A program made the translations under genes and the position numbers. A stretch of DNA of 62,829 bases, the filler included. It is 11 parts of 11 records of this genome, joined end to end, with 100 filler letters (N's around TTAATTAATTAA, not from the genome) between each part and the next. Parts side by side here need not be neighbours in the genome. Positions count along the whole stretch, not along the records: positions 18,090 to 27,465 come from SRR7504441_2747; positions 27,566 to 30,604 come from SRR7504441_2748; positions 30,705 to 40,713 come from SRR7504441_2752; 8 more parts are not named here. One strand, given 5' to 3'. Positions 25,597 through 37,322 of this stretch are shown here, piece after piece. Positions within the stretch are counted from its first letter, which is position 1. Every line of letters starts with the position of its first letter. Below the pieces are notes generated by a model that saw only the letters and a list, made by a program, of their open reading frames with translations, was not told the origin of the DNA and did not search any database.

Positions 25597-27090
25597 TCAA
25601 TCGAGCCTGTGCTGCTGGCTGATGCGAGCCAGCTCGGCCGCAATCTCCGCGAATCCAGGCCGCATAGACACAACCGGCTGGTCGCACCGGTCAGCCAGCT
25701 CGACCAGCGCTTGTCTGGGCTGCTGCTGTTGAACCAGGGCGGCCATCTCGCTCGCCAGAACCCCAAACGCACGCACCTCGACCCGCTCCACCAGCGAGCC
25801 GTCGATCGGCCCCTGAGCACCGTAGCAGAAGGCCGCCCCAAAGTCGCCCAGCTTGACCATCTTGCCGTCCAGGCTTGCCTTGATGTTGTGCCCGTACACG
25901 TCGCCGTGCGCAAGATTGAGCGAGTGCAGCCTTCCGAGAGCAGCGCACACTCCTGAGAGCACCCGCAGTGCGGCGGCCGGCTCGATCGGCCGATCAAACC
26001 CTTTGACCAACCATCGGTCGGTGGTGACCTCCACGATGGTGGGCGGGAGCGCCAGGTCGAGCATGTGCCCTGGGAGCTGCTCCATCAACACCTTGATCTG
26101 GCCATCCGGGTGCCGCGCAACTCCAACCGCCCTAATGATAAACGGGCTCGCACCGCCCACTGCCGCGTACAGCGCCGCCTCGTCCTCCGCCTTGCCGTCG
26201 GACGAGACTGCCTTGAATGTCTTAATCGCCACGGGCTTGCCATTGAACTGGCCGGGCAGCACCTTGCCTGACGCTCCCTGCCCGAGCGCGGCCGCACCCA
26301 GGTCAACGGAGTAATCGTCCGGGCCGAGCTGATCCGGGACGACCGGCGGCGGGGCCGGGGGCATGCACGGGTTGCCCGCGGCGGCGAACCAGGCCAGTTT
26401 GGGCAGCTTGAGCAGCTCAGCAGGGAGCTGTTTGAGCTGGTTGTTAGCGAGCCGGATCAGCTCGAGGGAGACCATCTTGCGGACGCCGTCCGCCGGGAGC
26501 CCCGTGAGCAGGTTGTTGGCGAGCATCAGCTTGCGCACCTTGGTGAGCCGGTCGAAGACGGCCGGCTGGATCCACTCCAGTTTGTTGTCTGTAAGGATCA
26601 GATGCACTACCCCCGCCGGGAGCGAATGCGGCCCGATCTGGGAGATTCCGTTGGAACGCAGCCCCAGCCGGGTGAGTTTGGTCATCCGGCCGAGCACCTC
26701 GGGCACTGCGGTCATCTGGCGGCAGCCGAGAACAAACAGGATCTCCAGTTGGGTGCACAGGGCCAGCTCGGCCGGAAGGTCCACCAACCGCGGATTGCCC
26801 CCGAGGTCCAACTTCTTCAGCCCAGTGCACAGCCCGATCTCGGCTGGCAGCGCCGGCAGGTCGCACCCGCGCAGGTCTAGCTCGGCCAGCCCGGCCAGCC
26901 GCGGGCGCCACCGGGGGCTGCTGAGCACCTGGCAGCGCTCGTGCTCGGCAGGGGGCTGCTCGGCGGCCTGCTTTGATCTCGACCAGAACCAGAGCACCGC
27001 CGAGACGGCCATCGCCCCGAGCACCGTGTTGCCCAGCCGCTCCCACCGTGCAGGCATCGCAGGGAGGAGGCCTGCGCGATTGCGAGGCAT
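25597..27090 (-). CDS. Leucine-rich-repeat + atypical protein kinase, intronless
   Basis: N-terminal TM helix; LRRs (LEILF, LILTDNKL, KLMLANNLL, LAWFAAAGNP); LGQGASG, VAIK, HGDVYGHN, LGDFGAA. Confidence 0.88.
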   Translation of the reverse strand: MPRNRAGLLPAMPARWERLGNTVLGAMAVSAVLWFWSRSKQAAEQPPAEHERCQVLSSPRWRPRLAGLAELDLRGCDLPALPAEIGLCTGLKKLDLGGNPRLVDLPAELALCTQLEILFVLGCRQMTAVPEVLGRMTKLTRLGLRSNGISQIGPHSLPAGVVHLILTDNKLEWIQPAVFDRLTKVRKLMLANNLLTGLPADGVRKMVSLELIRLANNQLKQLPAELLKLPKLAWFAAAGNPCMPPAPPPVVPDQLGPDDYSVDLGAAALGQGASGKVLPGQFNGKPVAIKTFKAVSSDGKAEDEAALYAAVGGASPFIIRAVGVARHPDGQIKVLMEQLPGHMLDLALPPTIVEVTTDRWLVKGFDRPIEPAAALRVLSGVCAALGRLHSLNLAHGDVYGHNIKASLDGKMVKLGDFGAAFCYGAQGPIDGSLVERVEVRAFGVLASEMAALVQQQQPRQALVELADRCDQPVVSMRPGFAEIAAELARISQQHRLD

Positions 27091-27270
27091 TGCTGGCGTT
27101 TTTGTTGGTGCCAGTTTTTCGGTTTGGTCTTCGATCTCATCACAATGCCCTGCCCCGCAGCCAGCCGGCCGCCAATGCTGTCATCCAGCTAGCCGCCAAC
27201 GCGCCCGCAGCGTTCGGCAGTTGGCTCAGGCGGTCGCTCGTCCGTGCTGGTCTCTGGGAGGGAAGCCAGC

Positions 27271-27465
27271 ATGGAGCCAGGGGTCAGCCCGGTCACAGGA
27301 GAGGCCGAGCCTGCCGCGCCGAGCTCGCCGGACGACCAGGCGGCTGGTGATATGGGCTGGTCGCCCGAGGAGTCCGACCGGCTGGCGGCCGAGCGGGCCG
27401 GGCGGAAGAAGAAGGAGATGCTGGCGTATGTGCTAGGGAAGGAAGCGGCGTACGAGACCAGCGAA
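27271..27465 (+). CDS. 5' fragment of hypothetical protein (3' truncated)
   Basis: ATG-initiated GC-rich frame open to the contig end, divergent from the LRR kinase. Confidence 0.5.
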
Positions 27466-27565
27466 NNNNNNNNNNNNNNNNNNNNNNNNNNNNNNNNNNN
27501 NNNNNNNNNTTAATTAATTAANNNNNNNNNNNNNNNNNNNNNNNNNNNNNNNNNNNNNNNNNNNN

Positions 27566-28966
27566 TCAGGCAGCGACCTGTACTCCAGGCTGGTTGGGTC
27601 AGTTGACTGGGAGGATGTCTTCGATAATGAAGTCGGCTCGATCGGTGTCATCCTGCTCAAGCTGCTATCGATCATCAACGTGCTGGCGGCTGCTGTGCGA
27701 GTGGTGATGCGGATCCACTTGCAGCGAGTCACTTCTGAATGGGCTTACCGGTTGCCCACCAAAGCAACCGAAGTTATTAGCGTTCTCCGAGGGATGGCCG
27801 ACTCATCCCGTCTCGTGTACGAGATGTGGTACTGTCTGTGGTCGGCTGCTGCAGTGATCTTCAATCTGCTGATTCCTTTCCTTCTAGTTGAAGTTGCGAT
27901 CGGCAGCTTTTCGATGCAGCTTGTTGGGCAGGCGGTGTGGAAGGACAAGGTGACTTACTCCATAGGCTTGCTATACTATACTATTATACTATACTATGAG
28001 GCCATAGCTCGGGCTGACAGTAGGACCGGCAGATTACTCTAGGTTGGGCCATCCTCACGCTGATGGTTGTATGCTACATGTTTGCCGCAGTTGCAATGGC
28101 GCTTTTCCCGGCAAGTTTTGCGCAGGCCTCCGGCGCTGATCCCTGGCTGCTGCAGGGCGATTACACTTTCCCAGATGTCTCGTGGGAATACCCTGCCGAG
28201 TGTAACTCGCTTGTGGCGTGTGCTCGCGACCACCTTCAATACGGGCTGCATTCGCCGCCAGTTTGGTTCAACCCTACCAATCTTGGCCAGTGGGTATTCG
28301 ACTTATGCTACTTCTTCATCATCACGCTTTTCCTAACGGAGATGATCACTGCGTTCCTCTTCGACACATTCTTCAAGGTGCGCATTATTCCCAGCCATTT
28401 AGGGCTGTGCGAGACCGGCTTAGGTGAAAGACAAATATTCTGGGATCGAAGCACTTGGTATCAACAATCGGTGCTTCATCTGCTGTGAGGACCCTGAGAC
28501 GCTGAGGCGGCGCTATCCCGATCTGGAAGCCGAGCCCAGTGACGAGGTGGTGCTCAAGACCCATTGCAACGGCACACACGATCTATTCGGCTGGGTGGCT
28601 TTCTATACAATGATTCAGCTGGCTTTCAATCGGCACAGGCTTCACGCATGGGGCCCAGGTAATGAGAGCGTTGCCCGATTTGTTGATGAAGACGACGAGA
28701 GGACCGCCTGCTCTGCCCTGCCCGGATTGCTTGGTGACGAGCGGTGGCTGGCTCTGATCATCGAGGCTAGACGCTCCGAAGGAGTCCCGATTTACAAGAA
28801 GGATTCTGCGAGCGATAGCTGGCACATAGCCCCGTTCAACCCTTCGACGTCTGAAGATGTGCGAATCCTGCACGACCGCCTGAGCGACAAGTTGCACTAT
28901 ATAGCCAATACAATGCCTGAGCATCGGACGACTATGGGTAACAAAGATTGGAAAAACTATGGATAA
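27566..28966 (+). CDS. C-terminal channel domain of an IP3-receptor/ryanodine-receptor-like protein (5' truncated); introns 27950-28032, 28378-28423
   Basis: CNSLVACARDHLQYGL pore helix; WVFDLCYFFII...FLFDTF; NNRCFICC and HCNGTHDLFGW C2H2 Zn motif typical of IP3R/RyR. Confidence 0.8.
27971..27997 (+). repeat. (CTATA)n microsatellite inside an 83-nt intron
   Basis: CTATACTATACTATTATACTATACTAT. Confidence 0.85.
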
Positions 28967-29273
28967 TTAATGGACAATAGGACAACTCACTGTAGGACGG
29001 CCTGTAGTCGGCGTTTGTTGCTTGTAGTTGAAATAATGTTTAAAATCAGTACAATCCTAATAAACGAATTGCTCGTTTCGTAGCTCATACATGATAGCAC
29101 AACAACAATTTCAAACACGATTTAATATCAGGCCACAAAGCGAGTTGATCGATGAGTGTGACTACCCCGAAGTGACCCCAATGCGTGCAGTGTGTGCATT
29201 GCTATACAACTGCTATAAATGTTTGCCCACAGCCTCCGGATGCGCTAATCTAATGTGCCCAGGTTGTGCCGCC

Positions 29274-30604
29274 CTATTTCGTGCCGAGGCGCCTGTCCCT
29301 CCTTTCGGGAGGTCGAGGTCTTTTGATTTACCCAGACAATTGAACAAGGCAAGGTCCCCCTGCACCCATTCATCAGAATAAGATTAAGCACAGAGCGAGA
29401 CCTTGGCATTTGTGAGCGGCAGCCAGCCATATCCCGTCTTGCACTTGACAAAGATTGCGTGCGGGCCGTGTCGAATAACCGTAGCGATGATACACTGCTC
29501 TCAGGCACAAGTCTAGTCAGTACAGCTCGGATATGGAGTATACCTCGGGCGCTTGGACAGACTTGATAGCCTTATCACCAAAATCGGCACTTGCCCTGTA
29601 GCGCACGCCCGGTGCTGGAATCGTGCACTGATATACGTGTTCTTCGAAGACTGTCTGCTCATGCGGTGGCTGCTCGCCTTGTTGCTCTTGAGCGGCTGGG
29701 GCCATCTCCAGATCGAGAACGCTCAAATCGATCTGGCTGGTCACTCCAAGGTGTTGCATGCAATGGGCTGTACCCTGGGCCAACCGACTAAACTCAAGCC
29801 CAGAGCCTAGAGGCACCGCAGGGTCGTTCAGTGGAAGCCAACCAAGTCCTGACTTGCATTTGAGAAACAGGCACTGCGGGCCTTGGCACACGTCTGTGGC
29901 GACGATGCACTGCATGGGCAATGGGCCTGGTACACTCAAGTTCTGCAGAAAAGCCACTTATTAGATCTGTGTTGAACAGATAATATAAGAGCAGTAAGTG
30001 CCTTGTCGTTGTAGTTGGGAGAGTTGCGATACCTCACGCCGAGCCCACTCACACTGCATACATAGAACCTTTCTTCAAACTGTCACACCCATTCTCTCAA
30101 TCAAGCCAATTCGGTTTAATGTCACCGGCGGATGAGCCGCTCGGAATGCAGCAGCCTCAGCATCTGCCCTTGCCTGGATGGCTCCTGCAGCAGATGAAGA
30201 CGCTTCATCCACAGCTTTTGCAGCCCTATCCGCAATTTCAGTCAGGCAGCGCAACGAATGCTGCTTTCGCCCCGGCTTCAGCTGTATCTTCTTGGCTTCA
30301 GTTGCAACTGAGGCTGCTGCAGAGGCTGCTGCCGAGGCTTTGCTGGCGTGTGCCTCAGTCTCGGTAGCAGCCTCTACAGCAGCCTCAGTCGCAGCCTCGC
30401 CATCTGTCTCACAATCAAACCAAGGCCAGGTTGGTCTCTGCCTCTCCTGCGCAATGCCAGCAGCAGCCAAGCTCGCGGCACTCGCTGCAGCAGTCGCCTC
30501 AGCAGCGTGTCCTTTAGCCTGTATAGCAGCTTCCAGTGTTTCATTGTGCAGCTGTTCCATCACACGCAGACCAGCTTTGGCAGCTGCCTCCTCGGCGTCT
30601 TTCC
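29274..30604 (-). CDS. Hypothetical protein: alanine-rich coiled coil + two SH3-like repeats (5' truncated); about 5 introns
   Basis: Two homologous units after splicing: YVCSVSGLGVRYRNSPNYNDK...CIVATDV..GP..LFLKCKSGLGWLPL and YQCTIPAPGVRYRASADFGDK...CIIATVI..GP..IFVKCKTGYGWLPL. Confidence 0.72.
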
Positions 30605-31124
30605 NNNNNNNNNNNNNNNNNNNNNNNNNNNNNNNNNNNNNNNNNNNNTTAATTAATTAANNNNNNNNNNNNNNNNNNNNNNNNNNNNNNNNNNNNNNNN
30701 NNNNAATCGATGGCGAGAGTGCACGAAATATCCATTGATAGAGATTGTGACCGACGTTGGAGCGGTGCAATCGCATGACAGAAGGATGCTACCACCCGCG
30801 CTCGCCGCGCATGGGCTTGGAGTGCAATTTTGATCCGCCGATCTCCGGATTGATGATGCGCGCATGGACGCGCGGTGGCCCATCAAAAATCATTTGATTT
30901 GTAATTAGTATTACGTAGTAATGTACGTACCTGTACATAATGTTATATACTGTAACATGCACAATCATGACATTGTATGATCAATACAATAATTATTGTA
31001 CATGTACGTATATAGATTTTATATAATTAGCTAATATTATACTTGAGATAGTAATTAGCTACATGTACTGTAGCTAATATCTGAGGTTAATCCGAGCTAA
31101 TGCTATCGGCTAAAAGAGGTAATG

Positions 31125-33426
31125 CTATCCGCTAAAAGTTTGTATCGTTTTGAGCACATTGGTCCTGCACAAGGGGCAGGATTCCAACGTCTCCGCACAG
31201 ACTTCGCAAACGCACAAATGTGCGCACGGCATCAGCACTGTGTTATTTGGTCGCTCAAAGCAGATGCAACAAGCTGCCTTGTCTTCAAGCATCTCTTTCT
31301 CCACCTAGACAACAGCTTAGCCTAGCCAGGCAGAGCCTCACCTGCAGCTCCCTGAGCGCAAGTTGTCGGGTGTCTTCCTTGTGCAAATCCACTCGCTGCT
31401 GCGCGTCAGCGAGCAGCTGCTGGAGGGCACTGAGCTGCTCCATGCTGAGTCCGTCTAATTGCTCGCCCCTGAGCTGCAGCAGCTCCTTCGTGGTGCTGTC
31501 CACTTCGATCAACTTCCTAGCCATCGCCTTCTTGCAGCTCTGCAGAGAATCCTGCACAACCCATCTCAGCCAGCATGCTCTGCACCAGGCCGTACCTTGA
31601 GCCCGCTGTTCAAGCACAATAGCCGCTGCACCTCGTCCCGCAAAAGCCCCACGTCTCCAGCCATCGCTTCAAACAGCTCGAGTGGGCATACAGCCTCGCA
31701 GCCACTGTGCCGTTTGAACTCCAGCACGCGGTCATACAGCATGCGGGCAGTGTCCAGCTCGGCCAGCTGCTTGCGGCAGTAAGTCAGCTCCCGCTCGAGC
31801 TCCGCTGTGCTGTTGACGTGATTGCCATCTACTTGCTGAGGCTCGGAGTCGGGCGAATCGCCATCCGAACCTGAGTTGGTCTCGCACTTGGTCATCACTG
31901 AGCAGGTGTGGTTATGCTCGTCGTCGGAGCCACCCATTGTGCCTTCGATGCGGCGAGGACCATGGGCGGCCATCCGGATGGGGTTGCCTTCAAGGGATAT
32001 GTTCGAGTAACTTTCAGTGGTTGAATAAGTCTCGTTCGAGCACGTATCGTCCGACAGATGTGCACCACTGGTCTCGTTAGTGCTGCTCATCACGTCTTCA
32101 GCAGAAGCTGTGTCCTCTGACGGACAGCCGAACACCGGCACATCACAATCCGGGCAGCGAACTGCGTCGGCTGAAGGCTGGCCGCACTGTATGCAGTGGT
32201 GGATGCTCTCATCCGGTAACTCGAGCAGATGCAGGCAGTCAGGTCTGCTGTTCTGCTGAGTGAGCCCTGCAGTTGCAAGTCAGCGGCCGGCGGCTGGCCG
32301 GTCGGCACCTCCAAACACAATCACCCCACTGCCGAAACCAAAGCAGCAGTGCCCGTATCGGCTGCTCGGTCGCTCACCTGACACCGCCGGGCTGCTCCAC
32401 TGCATCCGCCACGTGTCGAGCACGTGCACGTCATTGTAGAGCTGCGAGTTGGCCCCCGCCCCTCCCCAAACCTGCGCCACGCTAAGCGGCGGCTCCAGTG
32501 CTCAGCTCACCAACAGGTTGCCATCCGCCATCATGGCAGCAGAATGGCAGCCCCGCGGCCGCGGCGGCTCGCCGTTGACCTGCACGCACTTCCAGGTCCA
32601 CACATCCTTGATACAGGTCAGCAGGTCTGTCTCATTAAAATACTCCCCCCTGGCGAACCGAGTCAGCAGGTGCTCCACTCAGGCATTGACCTATTATATC
32701 CCCCGAACACTAGCAACGACCCGCGGTGCGGCCCGTTCTTCAGAAGAGTGGTGGTGTGGCCTGGACCATGAAACTCAGCGCGCGCTCCCCCGCGGCAGGC
32801 ACCTGCTCTCTTCTTACTCTCGTCGCCTGCTGGCTTTGAGATTTTCTTCCATGTCGGGCCTGGCCTCATTGGTGAGCCCCGGCCGAACGCGGACCGGCAC
32901 CATTCGTGGACCGTTGGTTGGGCACTCTGAGCAAATAGCAGTCTCGGAAGTAGGACGAGTGCCCCCCGTACCCCCCATATAGCAACAACTGGCCACTCGG
33001 CAGCGCGGTGAGCGAGTGGCAGGTGCGCGCCTGGGTCGGGGTCAGCCGGTCGGCCAAGCGGGTGGGCACCTTGGGCGAGTTCTTGAGCGAACTGAACTCG
33101 CTGAGCGCCCCGGTGTGAGGATTAATGACTTGGACCATGGAGGCGATCCGCGACTTGACTCGACCGCCGAACGAGACCACCCGGCCGTCGGCCAGTTTGG
33201 CCATGCTTTGCTCAAAGATGCAACACGGCCTGTTCATCGAGACCGGAGTGGAGGTGTTGGTCCTGGAGTTGTAGATGAACGCGTCGGGGCAGGCTTTGGT
33301 GTTGTTTATCCCCCCCATCACGAAGTAAAGCCCCGGCGAGAGCTCGATGGCCGGGGTCGAGTGCCGAGTCATGAGACTTGACTCGGCCACCCGCCATGTC
33401 ACCCTGGGCACCTCTGCGGGAGGCAT
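31125..33426 (-). CDS. Kelch-repeat beta-propeller + coiled coil + C-terminal RING protein; about 8 introns
   Basis: Kelch motifs (RHS..FVMGG, RTCHS..LLYGG, RAGHT..LVFGG, RGCHS..VWGG, RYGH..VFGG); CCICFERPNNTVLMPCAHLCVCEVCAETLESCPLCR RING; start codon uncertain (33426 or 33538). Confidence 0.85.
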
Positions 33427-33610
33427 CCCGGCGGGACTCCTGGTGGTCGCGCCCTGACAATGGCACTGGCTCTGCCTGCGAAGGGTTGCTGATCGATCTC
33501 AGGACTCTTTTTCTTTTTCTTTTCAGCAACGGCAGCATCGATTCAGCGAGAAGCTCCTAGAAGCGAAGGGATAGGACAAGAGGAGGCACCCGCCGACCCC
33601 ACCCTAATCG

Positions 33611-34801
33611 ATGGATCCGATCCCCGAGGTGCGCCCATCCTCCCCCCAGCGCACCCCCGTCATCGATCCCTGCCGACCTTAACCCGGCGACCCCATCTAG
33701 ACCGCTCACCTATCGGGCCCAGGGCCTGGTAGCCGAGCCCCAAGCCGACAGCCCGGCGCCGGTTGATGGGTCCGAGGTTAGCTTCCTGCGCGCGACGCGC
33801 CGTGAACGCTTGTTGCAGCCGCCGCACGAGGCCCCTGAGGCCGCCGGGCTGGATCAGCCGCAGGCGAGCGGCCGGCCAACGTGGCGCGCTGACTGGTGTG
33901 ACAGGAGAACGCCAACGCTGATGTGCGCGAGCAAGACCGGTGAGCCGGGGCTAGTTGGCTGGGCTGGACAGAGGGCCAGGTACCTGCCAATTGCCAACAT
34001 CGCTCGCGTGATGAAGCGGCCGCTGCCCAACAACGCCAAGATAGCCAAAGATGCCAAGGAGACTGTACAGGAGGTTGGCTCCCGCCGCAAACCAATCCTT
34101 GAGGCTCGGGTGCCAGGCTCTCTCCGAATTCATATCGTTCATCACGAGTGAGGCGTCGGACCGGTAGCCCCCGCACTGAACACCCAGCATGACTGCTGCC
34201 AGCTGCATTGCAGAAAAGCGCAAGACCATTTCGGGGGAGGATCTGATCCATTCACTTGGGGTGGTTGGTGCGTGCGGTTAGCTGCATGCTGTTGACGGCA
34301 GGTCAGGGTTTGAAGAGTATTGCGAGTGTCTGCGTGTTTACTTGCGGAATTTCCGTGAGGTGGCCCCTAGCACAGTTGTATGAACTTGTGTGATGCGGCC
34401 ATTACTAGGTCCAGCGGTACCAAAATGAGGCCAAAATGTCAGCGGTATCTGGCTGCAGCACGCCAGCAACTAATGAGTGGGCCAGGCACAGCAGATGCCG
34501 TTCGGTGGCAATGCATCGCAGCCCGACCAGCCACAGGCTGCCCTCGATGATCCAGCCGCAGATCAGGACCAGCCGGGATCGATGCTTGGGCTAGGTGAGC
34601 CACCGCGCCTATATGGGGGTGCTAATTTGGGCAGGCACCGATTCGGAGGAGCCTGCATTCAAGCGAATGGCTGTGCCATCGGAGGCAAGGCAGCTTCTTG
34701 CCTGCGCCATAACTGCTTGTCCACAGGCCGAACCAGGGGTCCCCGTGCCAGCTGCAGTGCAGGGTGGCGCGGCGAACCCAGAAGAGCAGCCGACTGCATG
34801 A
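33611..34801 (+). CDS. NFYB: CCAAT-binding factor subunit B (NF-YB/HAP3), about 10-11 tiny introns
   Basis: Spliced: [79 protein letters not shown]. Confidence 0.93.
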
Positions 34802-35277
34802 CCGACAAGTCAGTAACATTTAGCAAGAACCTTGAAGGTTTCGTGCGTAATCATGCGTGTGGGCCCCACCTTACCGGCTTGAGCACTCTTGAGAAGGCAT
34901 GAGGAAGTCTTAGATAATTAATCCATTCCGATGCCGATAACCGTATTTGATAAGATTACACAGTTTGAGGAGTTCTTTGATGCCTTTACGAGTGATCAAG
35001 ATTGGCCACGAACTCTACTTTCTAATAGTTTAATTTCAAATGGACAAAACTAGTAGCTCCGATCAAAATACACTTAGGTAGTAACTACACAACAAACTAA
35101 TTCGGCAAAATCTAGTCGACTTTTCATTGCCATCTTTATTTGAATAGCAACGAAATTCCCAAGGCTTGCAAGCACAAGATTATGAGAACAAGACCTCTCT
35201 CTATCATCACAGTGTCATATAGTCAGCCAATAAGAGTCCAGAGGCTGGTAGCTGCAGTGGAGAGGCTCGACCCGGAC

Positions 35278-36168
35278 TTATCCGTTGAGCGCCTCAGCAC
35301 CGGAGATGATCTCGATCAGCTCGGTGGTAATGATAGATTGGCGGGCCTTGTTATACTGGATCTGCAGCTTCTCGACCAGCGACTCGCAGTTGCGGGTGGC
35401 GTTGTCCATGGCCGCCATCTTGGAGGCAATCTCGGAGCACTGGTTCTCCACCATCCCGGTGAAGATACCGGCGGCCAGCGTGAACTCGCCAAAGTTGTTG
35501 ACGAGGTCGGCGCGAGCAGACTCAATCTCGTACTCGTTGAGCGGATCCACGTCCATCTCTTGCATCACCCGGGCGGAGGGAACAGTCAGCAAGGTGGGCT
35601 CCTGTTTCACCGCTGAGACGAACTTGTTGTAGAAGATCGCGTACTTGTCGGCGTCGGTGGCTAGAGCTTGTTCGGCAGCCACGCTCGCCTGGCCGAAGTT
35701 GGGCAGGACCTGAGCGAACATCCCGGCGATGGTGGTTTTGAGCTCGTCGGGAGCGAACCGCCTTAGCTGGGACCGGCCCTTGTCGCCAACGCACATAATC
35801 TCCACCTCGGCTCCGGCCTCTTTCTCGGCCGGCACGTGCACCCTGGAGAGTTCCTTTGTGATCTGAATGTTCACCCCGCCACACAGCCCACGGTCGGTGG
35901 TGATCGGGACAAAGACGGTCTTCTTGGAGGGCGGGGCCTCCACTAGCGAAGTCATCTCCTCGACCATCGCCATCAACGGCCGAGCGCCCTTCAGCCGCTC
36001 CTCGGCCCCGCGGAGCTTGGAGGCGGCAACCATCTGCATCGCCTTTGTGATCTTGGCGATATTTGCGGTGGACTTGATCCGCCCCTCTACCTCCTTGAGC
36101 GTCGCCATCGTCCTGGCCTGCACCGGGAAACCCAGGCCTCGCGAGGCAGCACGCCGGGCGAAAGCCAT
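35278..36168 (-). CDS. ATP3: Mitochondrial F1 ATP synthase gamma subunit, intronless
   Basis: Transit peptide MAFARRAASRG...; ATLKEVEGRIKSTANIAKITKAMQMVAASK, TDRGLCGG, SEIASKMAAMDNATRN, YNKARQSIITTELIEIISGA. Confidence 0.97.
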   Translation of the reverse strand: MAFARRAASRGLGFPVQARTMATLKEVEGRIKSTANIAKITKAMQMVAASKLRGAEERLKGARPLMAMVEEMTSLVEAPPSKKTVFVPITTDRGLCGGVNIQITKELSRVHVPAEKEAGAEVEIMCVGDKGRSQLRRFAPDELKTTIAGMFAQVLPNFGQASVAAEQALATDADKYAIFYNKFVSAVKQEPTLLTVPSARVMQEMDVDPLNEYEIESARADLVNNFGEFTLAAGIFTGMVENQCSEIASKMAAMDNATRNCESLVEKLQIQYNKARQSIITTELIEIISGAEALNG

Positions 36169-36379
36169 CTTGTCTCGGGTTGTCAACTGCTGTGAGTGGG
36201 ACTCGCTCTTCAATAAACCTCCCAAAAGTGCCTCTCTACAGCCAACCAGGTTGATTCTTTCCGTTGAGAGGAGCCTATTTTCAGGCATTGTACGCGCCAT
36301 CTGCAGTGTCGGCAGCGTCGCACCAGCAAAGCAGCCCGGCGTCCCCGCCCGTCCCCCGCTGCGCAGCCAGGTCGGGGCC

Positions 36380-37085
36380 ATGTCGTCGCAGACCGTGTAC
36401 ACGATTACTGAGCTGCTCAAAGACTGCGCCAACACACCGCAGCACTCCAAGGCCTCTCTCGAGATGTTCCAGTCGGTCTGGAACGGGCTCATGGCCTGGA
36501 AGGCGACCAACTGGATGCAGTCCAAGGGGATCCACCTGTCCCCGATCGGCAAATTCGTCTTCTTCATCGAGGAGCTCAACCTGGGCAACAAGACCATGCA
36601 GAAAGCCAAGGTCGTCCAGCCCAGCCTGGCCCGGGCTGACCGCTGCTCAGGTGCCCAGCTTCATCGAGATGAAGCGAATGCTGGCAAAGCAGGTTGTCGA
36701 GCGCCAAAAGAAGAGGGAGGATGAAAGGCGTGAGAAGCTTGTACCATACGACCTGACGCATGTGCTTCCTCTGGAACGCGACCGTGACTTTTTCCAAGAG
36801 TATGCCGAGAAGCAGGGCATGAAACGGGCACTGTTCAAGCAGATGGAGGAGAAGAAGGCGATTAAGCAGCGTGAGCTTGATCGTGAACGTGCTATGGACC
36901 TCGAAGCTAAAGAAGCACTGGCAGTTTCGTTGGCAAAGGAGCATGCTCTGAATTCGTACCAAATGGCAAGCTCCGGCCAGATGTTGCGCGATCATTGGCA
37001 GAAGCAAATGCAACTGAAGGAGATCGAAGCAAGCATAGAGGGAGATTCGTACGCCCCAGAGCCGCAAGGGAAGAAAAAGTACTAG
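36380..37085 (+). CDS. Short CCDC81-like protein (one HU-like domain + coiled coil); intron 36611-36650
   Basis: SVWNGLMAW...KGIHLSPIGKFVFFIEELNLGNK resembles the HU-CCDC81 N-terminal domain; E/K/R-rich tail. Confidence 0.6.
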
Positions 37086-37322
37086 CTGAAGTACCTACCT
37101 GGGCGTAGATATTAAGATGGCTCGAGTCATCATTCTTAATAGTCGAACCTTGCAATTGTGATTGTCAATGCGACGGAAACCAACTAGTACTGGTAGTACT
37201 CGTATTAAACCAGTAATGCTATAAAATTAATGGTTTGTCAATTAATGGCGATGGTCGAGGAGATGACTGATACTGATACGCAGGATGTATTGAGTCACTG
37301 ATTGGGCGACACTAGATCATTT

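Noticed and set aside
26363-27436. Long antisense or alternative-frame ORFs (also 6198-7229, 39011-39937, 56651-57613)
   Set aside because: Shadow ORFs expected in GC-rich coding DNA; the opposite strand has recognisable proteins.
36169-36609. 146-aa N-terminal extension of ATP synthase gamma in the ORF track
   Set aside because: Antisense to the CCDC81-like gene; the real start is the transit-peptide Met at 36168.
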